This document shows, piece by piece, positions 13,579 to 25,829 of a DNA stretch of 64,000 nucleotides. This DNA comes from Bigelowiella natans CCMP2755. Taxonomy: Eukaryota > Protista > Cercozoa. The translations under genes were made by a program, and so were the position numbers. The stretch's first letter is position 1, and each line of letters starts with the position of its first letter. The notes under the pieces were generated by a model that saw only the letters and a program-made list of their open reading frames with translations, had not been told where the DNA came from and ran no database searches. The stretch is from positions 62,001-126,000 of the forward strand of contig ADNK01000029.1 in the NCBI GenBank assembly GCA_000320545.1, read 5' to 3'.

Positions 13579-15729
13579 CGTATGTGTTTATGTGTGAAAT
13601 AAGAAAAATATGAAAGGAAATACCAGAGTGTTGAGGGCTTCTTTCGCATCTTCTCGCGCCTGTCCCAGATCCTTTTTTGCAAAGATTAGCTCCTTGCCTT
13701 CTCTGGCGAGAGCCTCTTTCGATTTTTTTTCTTCTGCTTGTGAGATTGCAAGATCTTTCTTTGTCTCAGCATGAGCTCTCTTCTCCTTCTCCAATGCTGT
13801 CTGAGCATCTTGCCCTAATTTCCTTTCCTTCTCAAGAAGAAGCTGTGCTTTACCCCTATCAGCAACAATGGATTGGCGTCGCGTGGCGCGCCTTGCGAAA
13901 TCAGATTTAGCATTCACTTCGTTTTCCTCATCCTCTGGGACCGCGAAAGCTACTCCCTTCTTTTCAGGCTCTGGAACAGCAAAAGCTACACCCCTCCTTT
14001 CAGTCTGAGGTGCTTTCGACTTGCCTGTCTTTTCAGTCTTGGGTGCTTTCGACTCCTCTGTCTTGTCCACTTCCGTCTTCGCAGTGGTAGTAGAATTAGT
14101 CGTGATGGTGGTAGTGGTAGTAGTAGTAGTAGTAGTGGTAGTACTACCACTTTCTGTGGTTTCATCCTTCTTAGTACTGGTGGTAGTGCTAGTGGTATCG
14201 GTGGTGCTATCTACGACTTCTGCTTGCTTCCCTTCTGCCTTTTGGGGCTGGGCATCCTCCTCCTGTCCCTTTTTAGAAGCTGCTTTATCAGTCTTAGTTT
14301 TCGCCTCCTTCGCCTCTTGCTCTGCTTTCTCCTTTTCCTTGCGCAAGATAGCGTGGTAGAGTTCGGTGACAAAAAGAACAATATCGTCCTCGACCGGGTC
14401 CTCAAAATCACTCGGATCTAACAATGCTGGAAGACCGTAAACATTCTTGGCAACTTCGAGTCCACACCTCACTCGGGTTGCGGGTTTCGCGTTCTTTAAC
14501 AGATCGAAATTAATGGATTTAGGGTCGTGATCGTGTAGAATCGCGCACAGGACAAGTCCATCTGTCCAAGGATGAGTGAAATTCTTCACGGGCTGAAAAT
14601 TAAATCAACAAAGAAGATCAGAGATGCACAAATTACCCTGGCTTTACTCATAGCGCAGATAAATTTTGGGTAGACCATTTATGGAGATTAGAAATTTTAG
14701 AAACTGAGGGAGCAGCAGATGTGCAAAATTGATATACCTTTTGAACTCCTTCATATTTTGAAACGGATGCATTCACCCAACTCATAAGAGCCTTTTTCCC
14801 TGTGGTCCCTTTGGTGTAGCCTTCTCCTTTACCTCCAGTTTTTGCTGTACCTCCCTCCTTGTCAGCCTTTGGATCTTCGGTTGTTCCAATTCTAAGGAGG
14901 CTAAATCGCTTGAAGATTGCCCACATGAGCCCTAGGGCCATCTGATTAAAGTCAAAACATGTTTCAGACACCTCGTACAAACGTTAAGAAACTTTTGAAG
15001 TTCTCGTTGTACTAACCTTCTTGTTGGCATCAACGATGTGCTCGTTGTGTATGATTCGCGTATCGACATTGCCCCTAAGATCACAGCTATTTGTGAGATA
15101 CCAGTTGCTTATGCTGAAGTACTACGCACCTTGTGACCATTTGCATCGCAAGTTCCATGTTGTCAAGCTTGTGAGCCCTAGAAACAATTCAAATATAAGT
15201 ATAATATGTACATTTGTTGGAAAACCGTAGTTGACAGCCGAATAAATAGAACCTTAGGCGACATTTCCTTCTGTGTCGAGGAATCTTGAAGCCTGCCAAT
15301 ACTTTCATCATCTGGGAAAGTAAATAAATATCATTTTTTGTCACAAGTTCGAATAGTCGAATACATACCTGCATAAGCTTTTGGCCATCTGTGAGCTCCG
15401 TCACACTAAGTACATGTAATATACAACGATGAAGTGGCTGAAAGGAACAAAGAGAAATGTCATATTAACACATACATGTTCTTCACAGGTTGAAATGATC
15501 CTCTTGTGAGGACAGTGTTCGCCCATCGGGTGATTGTGCGTTCAGTCACCCCCCCCTTTGTCCTGAGTAGCACAAGTCATTTTTACCAATCCAACGAACG
15601 TCACGAAAAACGCTCCAACGTGTTAGGGTAGAAGCTGATAACGGGTTGGAATAGAAGCTAGTTACACGCACGCAGGCGCACCATCAACCTGTCAGACTTC
15701 TTCTTGAACTCCTCCAGGTTCGCACTCAT
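3106..15729 (-). CDS. Giant (~3,825 aa) protein: tandem calponin-homology actin-binding domain, long coiled-coil rod, two (beta module + PH-like + SEL1 repeat) units
   Basis: 11 phase-compatible GT-AG exons: 15729-15689, 15562-15476, 15405-15369, 15311-15253, 15177-15130, 15074-15017, 14941-14738, 14592-13624, 13462-12202, 11892-7811, 7737-3106 (11,478 nt). CH motifs TITRWAN...ELTDGQKL...KLDNMELAM...LGLMWAIF and KKALMSWVN...NFTHPWTDGLVLCAILH. SEL1 repeats such as AQNNLAVCYVEGYGVEKDEKMAVFWYEKAA. Confidence 0.85.
12093..12130. repeat. Intronic (TA)n microsatellite
   Basis: Lies within intron 11893-12201. Similar runs occur at ~13540-13575, 20573-20609, 21272-21307, 51668-51698, 52451-52482 and 53305-53333. 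Confidence 0.95.
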
Positions 15730-16263
15730 TGCGAACTCGGGCGATTGATATCTGTTGAATTATTGCGTGAGTAATTACTGTAACAGCTATCTCTTCAGTG
15801 TAGGAGGTAATGGAAATTTTCATGTCGCAGTCTTCATTTGCACTTGTTTTCGCAACTAGATCGAATTTCTCCGCGACTCTGGCTCGTGCAGCTGCGGTTA
15901 CAGTCAGTACCCGCACGAGCCAACCGAAACCTCGAAACCTCCGTTTGTTAACCAAATTGCAAAATCCAGCTTAAAACCGCCAAAAAATCGACAAAAACCA
16001 AAGGCCATTTAACTCGTAGATTAGATAAATCTTGGTTAAGATCTAGGCGCTTTTAAACATGCTAAAGAGTGCGCATATCCTGTTCGTGAGCGCGGATTTG
16101 CCCTACATGCAGCTCGGAACTCGAAAGTAAGTTGTTAATGCAGGGTATTTCGTAAATATCGGTTATTGGCGGGTACTACGAGACAGTCGCAGAATCAATT
16201 CATCACACATCTTCTTGTGCGTGAAAGGAACTGTTGCAGCTAGATCTGAGCAGCTTCAACACG
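15730..16263. promoter_or_regulatory. Probable bidirectional promoter region
   Basis: 534 bp between divergent inferred start codons (15729 on minus, 16264 on plus). Inferred from position only. Confidence 0.4.
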
Positions 16264-17736
16264 ATGGACTCAAAGGGCCTGGAGGCGCTTCGCAAGGCTG
16301 TTGCGAACCAGAAGACCAGCTTGGTCAAGGATGCGTTGGAAGGGAGCGACACTTTCCAGGTAATGATGAACGGTGGACTGAAAACATCAGAGGCAGAAGC
16401 TTGTTTCTAAAACCTCAGAAGCATAAGTTTAGAGATTAGGCCCCCAATCCAGGAAGGTTGAATTAAGTGCTTGTTCTCAGGGGTTTCATCCATGCCATCT
16501 TATCCCTGCGATGTCGGGCAGTGATTGGGTGTTTTCTGCAAAATCGTTACGACCAAGTCTTATCAGCCATATCTCCACCAAGACGACAGGGAAGCTCAAG
16601 CCTTTCAAAGAACTTCTGAACTTACCGTGGCCAAAGTTTTTAGAAGAAGAGAAAGCGGAGGAAGTTGGGTATACACCACTTCATATTGCGTGTATGTTTG
16701 GCTCCTCGAAAGCCATCAACGGACTCTTGAAAGCCGGGGCGAATCCTAAAGTTAGTGCATTGTTTTTCTCACTTCGTCGCCAAACCTCAACTGAATTGTC
16801 ACCCAACAGGTACATACCCCATCCGGATGGGATGCTGTAGAATTGGCAAGCTACCGGACCGGAATGTTGGACCTCCAATATGACGTTACGTTCAATTTTT
16901 TCCACGCGGTTCATCTGGATCTCCTGGACAAGTTCACGGAAGCGTCTGTGTTAAATATCGCAGGCATGAAAGAATACCTTAAAAAAAAAGAGTTAGATGA
17001 GTGGGTGGAACTCTTAGATCTTCAGTATGGCAAAACTACAGAGAAAAAAAACGAAGGGGCCGAGTTGGAGTTCAAAGGCATTGTGGCAGAGATGGAGAAG
17101 ATCATTGCGACACATCAAGAGGACCAGCATAAGATTGATGCACTCCCAGACCTTGATGAGATTTACACGCTTGACGAAGCTTTTACGAGTGAAGAGAAGG
17201 AAGATGCACCGGCTGATGAGGAAGATGGATCGCCTGCGGTAGACAAAGCGCTTCTGCAACCAGCTGCAAGCACGAAGTCACAGCTTTCAGAGAAACGACG
17301 TTCCAGCATTGTTGCAATCCAAAAGAGACAGTCCATTGCCAAAGCCAGTGCAACCACGAACGTAAATGTCACTACAAATGTGAATGTTACAAAAGTTCAA
17401 GTTAAGGAGACCAAGTGGCAAGGATATCAGGCAGAAGAAAGCAAGAAAATTCCAGATCTCCATAGCAGCATTCCAGATCTCCATTCAGCTAGGGATTCAG
17501 CAGCGGTTGGAAATAAGGAAGTCGATTTGGAAGCACGCGGAGAAAATGGGGGTGCACTCCTTCACTTAAAAGAGCGCTGCTGTTGTGGTTGCATTTGCGG
17601 TTGCTGCACGTGCATTGCATGTCGTCAGCACGGCATGTGCGACTGTTGCTACGATTATTGTCTGTCTTGTCGGAGAAAGGGTTGGTGCACTTGGTGTGCC
17701 CCGGACGATTGCTGCGACAAACACTGCTGTTGTTAG
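16264..17736 (+). CDS. Ankyrin-repeat protein (~430 aa) with Cys-rich C-terminal tail
   Basis: Exons 16264-16359, 16481-16750 and 16810-17736, all phase 0. Ankyrin motif GYTPLHIACMFGSSKAINGLLKAGANP. The last 52 aa contain 21 Cys. Confidence 0.8.
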
Positions 17737-18899
17737 GTGTCATAAATTACATCTTGGCTTTCAATACTGGCATCTTCTGTTGCGTCAGCATTTTACACTA
17801 GGTTTGTTACCAGTTCAATAAATCCAATTATGCTAAATAAGAATGCGCACGAACACCTTCTCATCTATCGGTCAAAACAGCAACAGCTGCGATGCTGCAC
17901 TTGCCGATGCTACAGTGCAGAGGAGGAAGCTCTTGATCCATGTGGGGGGTACCCAACCTGTAGCGCAAATAGCATGATGAAATATAAAAGAATGAACATC
18001 CTCGACATAAACTCACACACGCGTTATTGTTCCAACTTTTCGCGAAATGAGAAAGCATCGCATGCTGTCATAGCTGTGACCGCCGTGTGTCGCTGCTTGT
18101 ATTGGTGCGAAATGAAAGAAGATCATTAGCACACGTCTAGCCTAGTTTTGTCGTGTAGAGCAACAGTCCAGTATTTTCACCGTCGCTGCTTCAATTCGAT
18201 TGGCGTCAAAAACAGGTGCATGCAACTGTCAGTGAGCATTCTAGTCTTGATGCGCACTCATTGTTTGCTCATGACATATTGCTTATTGAATCGAATGACC
18301 TCCTACCTGCCTGCTAGGCAAAAAAATGCTGCTGCACAGGCGCAGTTTTCCATTCATCACTTGCAGCATTGCACGCCCAGCTGCGCAGTCCTGAATACCT
18401 GCGCATCGCATGGTCAGCTAGTTAGCCCCCAATCGCACACCTGAATACCTTCCTCGCTGGGCCTTGCGATGCCTGGCGTACGCCAGCGATGCGAATGGTA
18501 TCAGTCTAGCAATGAGGGCGTCCACAACAACAAACTAATCCAGCTGTCATGTGATTTGTGTAAATATGGTTATGTACATGTTGTGGCCTACAAGCACAGT
18601 ACAGCCGGGCCGAAGATCAGTCTGGGATGCAGCCGCTATGATGCGATACAACGTCATACGACGTAGTTGACTCGGTATTTGTACAATGAAGTAAGTAGCA
18701 GCGGTAATACAGACGCTTTAGGCGTATTGCATACGAATCAACCCAAACAAATTGAAGGAAGGCGCTCATTAGCTATGTGCCATGCATCTTGGGCAAAACT
18801 TCAGAAGATGAGCCACGTATCACAAGCTGCAATGGACGTATAGCTGAACTTTGATGCAATGAACAATCAATGCATTGAAAGCCTTCCCGCCATCATTTA

Positions 18900-20570
18900 A
18901 TCGGTTTCAGTTTAGTGCCAGAGCATACTGATAATTCTTGAGAAATCTGCGATTTATCAACTTCATCAGCTACTGGCGATCATAAATGTACATAACACGT
19001 AGACTCTTAACCCCCGCCTCTCTTCCTTGCCACTAGTATGATACGGTATTGTTACTTACCTAGATACAGCTGATGCAGCATACCAACAACACTCTTGGAA
19101 AAACAAGTGCGCGGTAGGTTCTGTTCGCAACAGAGACAACGTCAACATGGACAAAGCTGCTCAAGTTTTTGATATGCGAACTTGGCATGACGATATTTAG
19201 TTTGGTGGTACCCATTGAGTCAAAGAGGGTCAGTGGCAGCCCAGGATATCCTGCTGGTATTCTCCGGTGCTTGTGTAGGCCTATAAATAAATAAACATAT
19301 ACATATGCTTGATATCTCCTTCTTTTTCCTGTGGCGCAATTCTGGGATGATGATAAAGCCGAAGAATACCAATGGCGGGCTCTGCGACTGGATTGTCATT
19401 GAGGCGAATAGTCTGATTTTCGATACGTCAATATCATCATCATCATCATCATCATCGAGGCTGGTAGAGTGCGATGACCTGTAGAGAATAAAGGCGTCCG
19501 AAAGCACCCGGTTCAATAACTTCAACCAGATTATTGCTGAGATCGATTTCCTACGATAGAAATGGAACAGAAAATAATTCATCATCAGATTGTGCAAGAC
19601 CGGCAAGCAAGCGTGCGATGCTCTTTGAAACGACGTGTCGTTTTAGTTGGACACATTCAGCAACAGCAGCGTCCTTCTTAGGACAAGATAATTTTCCAAG
19701 CCGTCCATCACAAGGACATGGTATGTAGGCTTTGAAACTTCACAACTTCTTTTGATAATACTTACCCGAAGGCTAGTGCTATCTTCCATCTCGCTGAATG
19801 CTCCGTTCAACACCGATCTTATGCCTGATGATTTGTTGTCCTTTTTCCAATGAGTCGTGTGTACTTTGAGATACATACTACCATATTCTCAAATATTCCC
19901 CGACAAGCCCCTTCTGGCTATCGTCTCTTCCAACTTATCGATGATACATCATATACCCTTTGCATTATTGCACTATCTGCTTTCACATACGGACATGCGA
20001 AATACGCCCCAATATCAAAATATCCACACCACGATTCCTGAGATCAATGCGTGCTGTGAGGGTCTTAGAGCAGTAACACTTGGAGAGCTCTTTAGAAGCC
20101 GTTATCTGATAATAATAATAATACACGTGATTTGTCGTTTGGCTGTTTCCATTCTTCATGCAGCGGGCTCGACAACGTTGATGAACTCTTGTATGGAGGA
20201 GGAAACACGAGACAAGACAAGTGGTGGTGGCGACCCAACTTGTCTTGTCTGCCCAAAAGACGATATTGCCTGAAATTTTTGCTGTATTTCCGCCATCGTA
20301 GAACAGAGAGTTGGCCTTACACATTTTCCCACCCCTTCTTATTCTCTCCGCAACGAATTTCTTCTTCTTCTTCTCACCGTGCAATTAGAACAGGTTGTTG
20401 GCGGCGCATCCTTGTCCCTCTCGTGTGAAGAATATTCTGCGTGATCGGCTGTTCTTGTTATGGTAGTAACAGGAGGATGGGTAGCGTCGCCGTTGTCCGC
20501 GAAAACGGCTTCAGAGATAGGGTCACAAAATCTATCACAATATTTGTGCGCGTAGAATAAATGTTATACC

Positions 20571-20611
<41 letters not shown>

Positions 20612-21268
20612 ACTAACATACAACACACATACCTCCATCTCAATTCCTCGAACACGTGGGAAGGCTGAGCTCCTCTGCAGCTGTCCCCCCCCGTAACGTA
20701 GCACACATTGTCGTGCTGTTGGGATACTGATGAAACAACGAAGACGACGGCGATGACAGAAGTAGCATCAGCGTGTGAGGACCATTGGGAACAAATTGAA
20801 ATATTCGAAGATCTAATTAACCGATATCGCACAAACGCATATTTTGAGTTTCTTATCGGATTCAGTAGGTTCAGCATATCACCATTCCCTTGCCATCACT
20901 TCGCTATCATCATCCTCTTCATCATAAATAGTTCCCACCAACCAACTGACCAATGTCATAGGACTGAAAACATCCGAGCCGTCCCGTAGCTTTGGATATT
21001 CTAACAAAAGAATCATCTCTCATCATGTGCCAGTATTGAAAGAAACATGCTCTCTGTATCACCTCATACCTTCATATAGAATTCATTTATGGCTGTAAAA
21101 TACTCTCAATCTACCACATTATTCGGATGGACAAGACAGGGGTCGAAGATGTGTGCGTGTGCGTGCTTGTGGGTGAGAGAAAGAGAGAAAGAGAGAGAGG
21201 GAGAGTTTGTATGGTGCAGAACTGCGTCTCTTTCTTTCTTTTTTACTTTCTCTCGCTCTTATATATTC

Positions 21269-21312
<44 letters not shown>

Positions 21313-22395
21313 CTTCATGGATGAGATTTTATTTTTTGACACAGTTTCTAGTTGCAACCCGCTTTCCTTCTCCATCACGCAAGCACAAGGGTCCGTATCG
21401 GTGTCCTCATCAACTTGCTCTTTAGAACGAAGTCCTTGCGACCGTCCTGCGTCCCCCCCTCTCCATTTATAGTGAAAAGTATACTTTTTTTTCTTTTCAT
21501 CCGTCGTTTTCTTTTTGTATCGATGGCTACGATTGGTCACCGGTATTATCGTTGCCTCCTCCTCCTTTCGAGTTTCGTTGTCCCCCTCTTGTTTTTCTCT
21601 ATCATCCTTTCCTTCTTCATGATGTAGCTGTTTATCCCCTTCCTGGTTGTGCTGTATTGTCGCCTCTTTGCGAGTGGTGTCACGATAATACAAATTTAGA
21701 CTATCTTCCGTTACGGGATCGATTATGTCCTTGCTGTGATGGCGTTTGCTTGTATGCGCAGCTGAAGCCAAATATGATGCCTTCTCACTAACAGGAGCGA
21801 CTCTCTCATCTTCTCTGTCGTTGCCGGAAGTGGCAGAAAAACCATCATTATCTATCGCAGGAGCAGCAATAACAGTCTCTGCAGCTGTAATGTCGGTGAA
21901 ATAATCCGCTAACACTTCTGGATGACGATATGTTGTCGCTGTTGCAATTATTGGTGCTCTGCGCCTTGCTTCATCTATGTACACGACGCTATCATTATCT
22001 ACATCGCCATCCTCAACGGCGATATCGTCCTGTTGCAACGTTGCTAACGCTATCGAGGAAATGATATCCGGTGGTATTGACGGTGAATTCGACGACTGAG
22101 CTGACGGCGGTGATATTGTATTTAACTCGAGAACGAAGTTATCATCGACAGATTGTTTGCGCTGTTGTGCTAACTGCTGTGAGCAGCGCCGATGAGTATT
22201 GTGGTAGCATCCAGCATTTCCTCTTTGATCTGAATGCAGGGTATACGAGTTTAGCGGAGGATACCATTTCTCATTATTTTATACTGAAGTATTTGTGGAC
22301 GTGTATGTAGAGCGTAGCTGCGAGAGCATAGTTTTCCATATGAAATATTTGTACTAAACCACGCATATGAAGACACGTTATATCACTTATACATT

Positions 22396-22467
<72 letters not shown>

Positions 22468-22472
22468 TGTGT

Positions 22473-22513
<41 letters not shown>

Positions 22514-22830
22514 GCAAATTTGTGCGATTGAATCTAAGTAGTTGCTTTTGGATGTTCTGAGAACTTGAGACTAGGGTGGCCGACGATGCCGAAGCAGCTT
22601 GCGTTTTCCTTGCGACAATGGATATAACTGCAGAAGTTCCTCTTGGAAATCGAGCAGTCGATGCTACTGCAAACACATTAGGATAGTATGTCAGGAATTG
22701 CCCCTCCTTTGCACGCCCAAAAAGATCTATCATTTGTTGGAATTTTCTACGATTACTACCAAATAATGATCCATTTTGGAAAATGCTTAATAGTGCGAAT
22801 CCTCCCAAGAATAAGGCCCCAAAAAATAAG
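18900..22830 (-). CDS. Multi-exon hypothetical protein, possibly type II membrane or secreted (boundaries approximate)
   Basis: Chain of minus-strand coding-like segments flanked by GT/AG sites: a hydrophobic N-terminal segment (LILGGFALLSIF), an acidic low-complexity region (21271-22038), and later segments such as NVCYVTGGDSCRG and RGVDILILGRISHVR. Family not recognised. Confidence 0.4.
22396..22508. repeat. Compound (CT)n(TG)n microsatellite
   Basis: Direct read of the sequence. Confidence 0.95.
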
Positions 22831-23269
22831 GACGTCCGAGCGCTCCAGCTTCTTTCGGCCTGCTTTGAAATTTTAATCAGTTGATTGTCGGAAGTCGTAC
22901 TGTGTAAAGGAGAAACGGAGGGGGACTTAATCAGAGCTATTCATTCATTGTATTGATGGTCGCCGTGCAACTTAACTGGTGCGCGCGAGAGCTCTATGGT
23001 AGGCGCGGAGCGCCTCATGGAGCCGGCCGGTTCGCCGGGGGTGGGGGATTTGTCCTGTAATCAGTTGATGAGACGACCGAGAAACTTTGGTAAAATACAG
23101 TCTGCGACAAGCTTCATTCATTGTCGCACAAATAAATTAGATAATACCCGGACAAAGGGCTGCGTCATGGTTTTCGATGGGGTTTGCACAAAGAGACTTA
23201 TTCTTATCCTTGTCGCGATATATATATTTACCACAAATCGCAGTGCCTTTTCACACCCGATAATAACGC

Positions 23270-25031
23270 ATGGTGATGACCGACACGGAGCCCCCGATGC
23301 AGCCGATACTGAAATCTGTGTCTCCTTTTCATTGTCTGTTTCCAGACTTCCACAGTGACGGTCAACTGCGGCACGCTCGGCCTAAGTTATGATTTCAAAG
23401 GTGATTTCTTTCGAGATCTAAAGCCGATCCCGACTTTGATAAAAAGCAACACGGATTTTTTACGCGTTCGCAGGGAAAATCAACAAGGTAGTTCCTGGAG
23501 GGCAGGCTGCAAGAAAGGGAATAAAGCTGGGGTGGACATTGATTAAGGTCAATTGTGTTCCAGTTAGCCCTGTTTGCTGTCGTTCGTCGTTGTGTTACGA
23601 GAATTCCCTTATTGTTCATTCTTCGAAATGCTTTACAATTAAATTAAGGTGGGAAACACACCGGTGACTACCAGAGGACAGATCACGACAGCCTTTTCTT
23701 CTTGCAAGAGGAAAAAGAAGCCATATACTCTCACATTCAAAAAGCTTAGTGGAAAATTGTCCGTTGGCGGGAAGGTGCCAAATCGTTGTAATCTCAGCTT
23801 TTCTGCTTTCGATGTACTGAAATCCGTACCTATACCCACAATTATCAAATAGAAAACTGTCCTAGCATCGAAAGAAAAAACTGAGAATGAAAAAAAGATT
23901 TCAAAATCCACAGCTACAAAAGCGTCAACTACCACAAAGACGACAAAGAGTGGCAAAGCCAAAAAAGGGGGCAAGGTAGCATTCTCCTATATATCGAAGT
24001 ATGACTTGACTCATATTTTGCAAAGCAGAAGGTAGTAAAGAAAAAGAAAGGGACAGATGACAACAAAAAGGAAGTTTCAGAGGAAGTGCAAAAAGAAGAG
24101 GAGAAAAAGGAGGAGGAGAAAAAGGAGGAGGAGAAAAAGGAGGAGGAGAAAAAGGAAGATGTTGTCGGAAACGTTAAGGTATTGTGGTTTTAAGTTTAAA
24201 TTTTATACATTTCTAAGGGCTTTATAGATATGAATGTAATTATCAGATCATCTACAGCATGTACGACCAGGAGTTTGAGATTGTAAATGGTTCTACTACA
24301 GCAGAAAAAGTAAACTTATCAATTCTCCCCTTCAATGAAGTCACGCTGACAAATAGGTGTACTTTTAGATTGACGACGAATATGCGCTGACATTCGTCAT
24401 GCCAAAATGCAAGATTCGACTCACTCTGGAGAAAAATGCTGGTATGAATCCGAGTGATCTTACTTTTGTCAAGGAGGAGCCCGAGGGAACGTGAGTACAA
24501 CTTTAGTCATGATGTCTTTTACGTAATGCCTCGTGTTCAAGGAACTTTATTTGATGATACGACGGGAAGGTATCAAGGACTTGAGGTTGGCAAGACATAC
24601 TATGCTTATTGTGACGAGGACGCAGAAGAAAAAGCAAAAGCTGAGGCAAAATCGCGCGCGGTAGCAAGTTTATTCACTTTATTTTTAGCTCATATCATCA
24701 ACAATTGAAATTCATGCGACAGTACTATGCGGATTCGAATAATAATCTCACGAAGCCTGAAGATGTTACTGGAGATAGGTGATTTCATCAAAGTCCAAAG
24801 ACGATGTATTTCTTCTTTTTTATTAGAAATAATCTGCAGAAACGGCGGAGAAAGTTGCTCTTGTGTCTGGGGAAATCCTTGCGTATCTCCGTAATACACT
24901 ATTGTGATATTTAGACATTTTAATTTTGAATGTCTTCTCATGACACTCGTGTGTTCGTCAGATATAATTGCAAGAATTGGCACAATCGTTTTGCCGTTGC
25001 TAAAGCAAATGGGTGGAAAGGGCACAGCTAG
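23270..25031 (+). CDS. Hypothetical protein: PDZ-like N-terminus, K/E-rich linker, C-terminal Cys motif (start uncertain)
   Basis: Exonic segments GTLGLSYDFK...VGNTPVTTRGQITTAF...KPYTLTF, an (EEKKE)n linker, IIYSMYDQEFEIVNG, and terminal ESCSCVWGNPCVSP/YNCKNWHNRFAVAKANGWKGHS ending at TAG 25029-25031. Confidence 0.6.
24098..24157 (+). repeat. 15-bp coding tandem repeat (gaggagaaaaaggag)x4 encoding EEKKE
   Basis: Direct read of the sequence. Confidence 0.9.
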
Positions 25032-25154
25032 CAACTCCATCATGAAGTTCGCCGTCATTAACTCGCTGCGCGATGTGTTAGATGAATGGAATGTAAATAG
25101 AGGTGATTGTATAATTGTCAATTGAATGAAGACAGAGCATGCGTCGTGCGCATA

Positions 25155-25829
25155 AAAATGACGTGTTTTTGTTTCAACGAAGCTGAGGAAGTTGTGTTGC
25201 AACACACATCATTCTCGCGCTGTGCAGACATCGCAACATGGCAAGTGCCCTCATCAGCACAGTTCTTGATTGTGCATGTCATCATGGACGTGTGAAGTGA
25301 CAAGCATGCGGCTGTGATGACCGAAATGCTGTTGGTCCTGTCGTGCAACGCACACCAATGCAATGAGCACGTGTGATGATGAGAACGAGCGAGGCGTGAG
25401 CAGGTTGACATCGTGATCAGCGTGCAATCTGTGATGAACATGCGCGACGCTGCACATCCTTCTGCCGCGCTGAGCAAAAGTCGATGCACGTCACGCAAAT
25501 TGGAAAAGTTTGACGTCCAAGGCAACTCCAGAACGGGCAAGAAGAAGAAGAAGATGGAGGCTTGATTCGAGCAAGGTTGATGGTTGAACAATGAACAATG
25601 AACAATGAACAATGATGAAAAGCCACATTTCCAAAGTGTGACAAGACACTTGCAGTGCACGAAATGCAGTGCATCGTCGAACTGGCTCGAGGACTGACTA
25701 GCAAACTGGCGGGGTTCATGCAAATGGGCATGGTCTGAGCATTGAAAAGCATCACAACTGCAATTGACAACTAGCAGCAAAATGACGACGACGCAAGGCA
25801 TCCATCCTGAGCAGGAACTTCCTGACAGC
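25155..25829. other. TpA-depleted intergenic island 2
   Basis: No TA from 25155 to 25698. Only two TpA in 675 bp, both in CTAG (25698, 25771). Confidence 0.9.
25586..25817 (+). repeat. Dispersed repeat, copy 1 (block A then block B), starting with (GAACAAT)x4
   Basis: Block A (25600-25687) aligns with 37209-37293. Block B (25787-25817) aligns with 37176-37205. Confidence 0.85.

Noticed and set aside
7805-14589. Treating ORFs 7805-11884, 12170-13372 and 13588-14589 as separate myosin-tail-like genes
   Set aside because: They are joined by canonical phase-compatible introns into one gene, and no myosin motor is present.
20879-20881. Apparent in-frame TGA on the minus strand (AREW*YAEP) suggesting selenocysteine or a recoded stop
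   Set aside because: The exon structure here is unresolved and the segment is probably intronic or out of frame. Other genes in the window end with TGA, and long exons have no internal stops.
25118-25801. 227-aa ORF and similar overlapping ORFs at 2341-3043, 36603-36984 and 40417-40979
   Set aside because: They are Cys/His/Met-rich, nearly Tyr-free, and occur on both strands. Loss of TAA/TAG in TpA-free DNA explains them without coding function.
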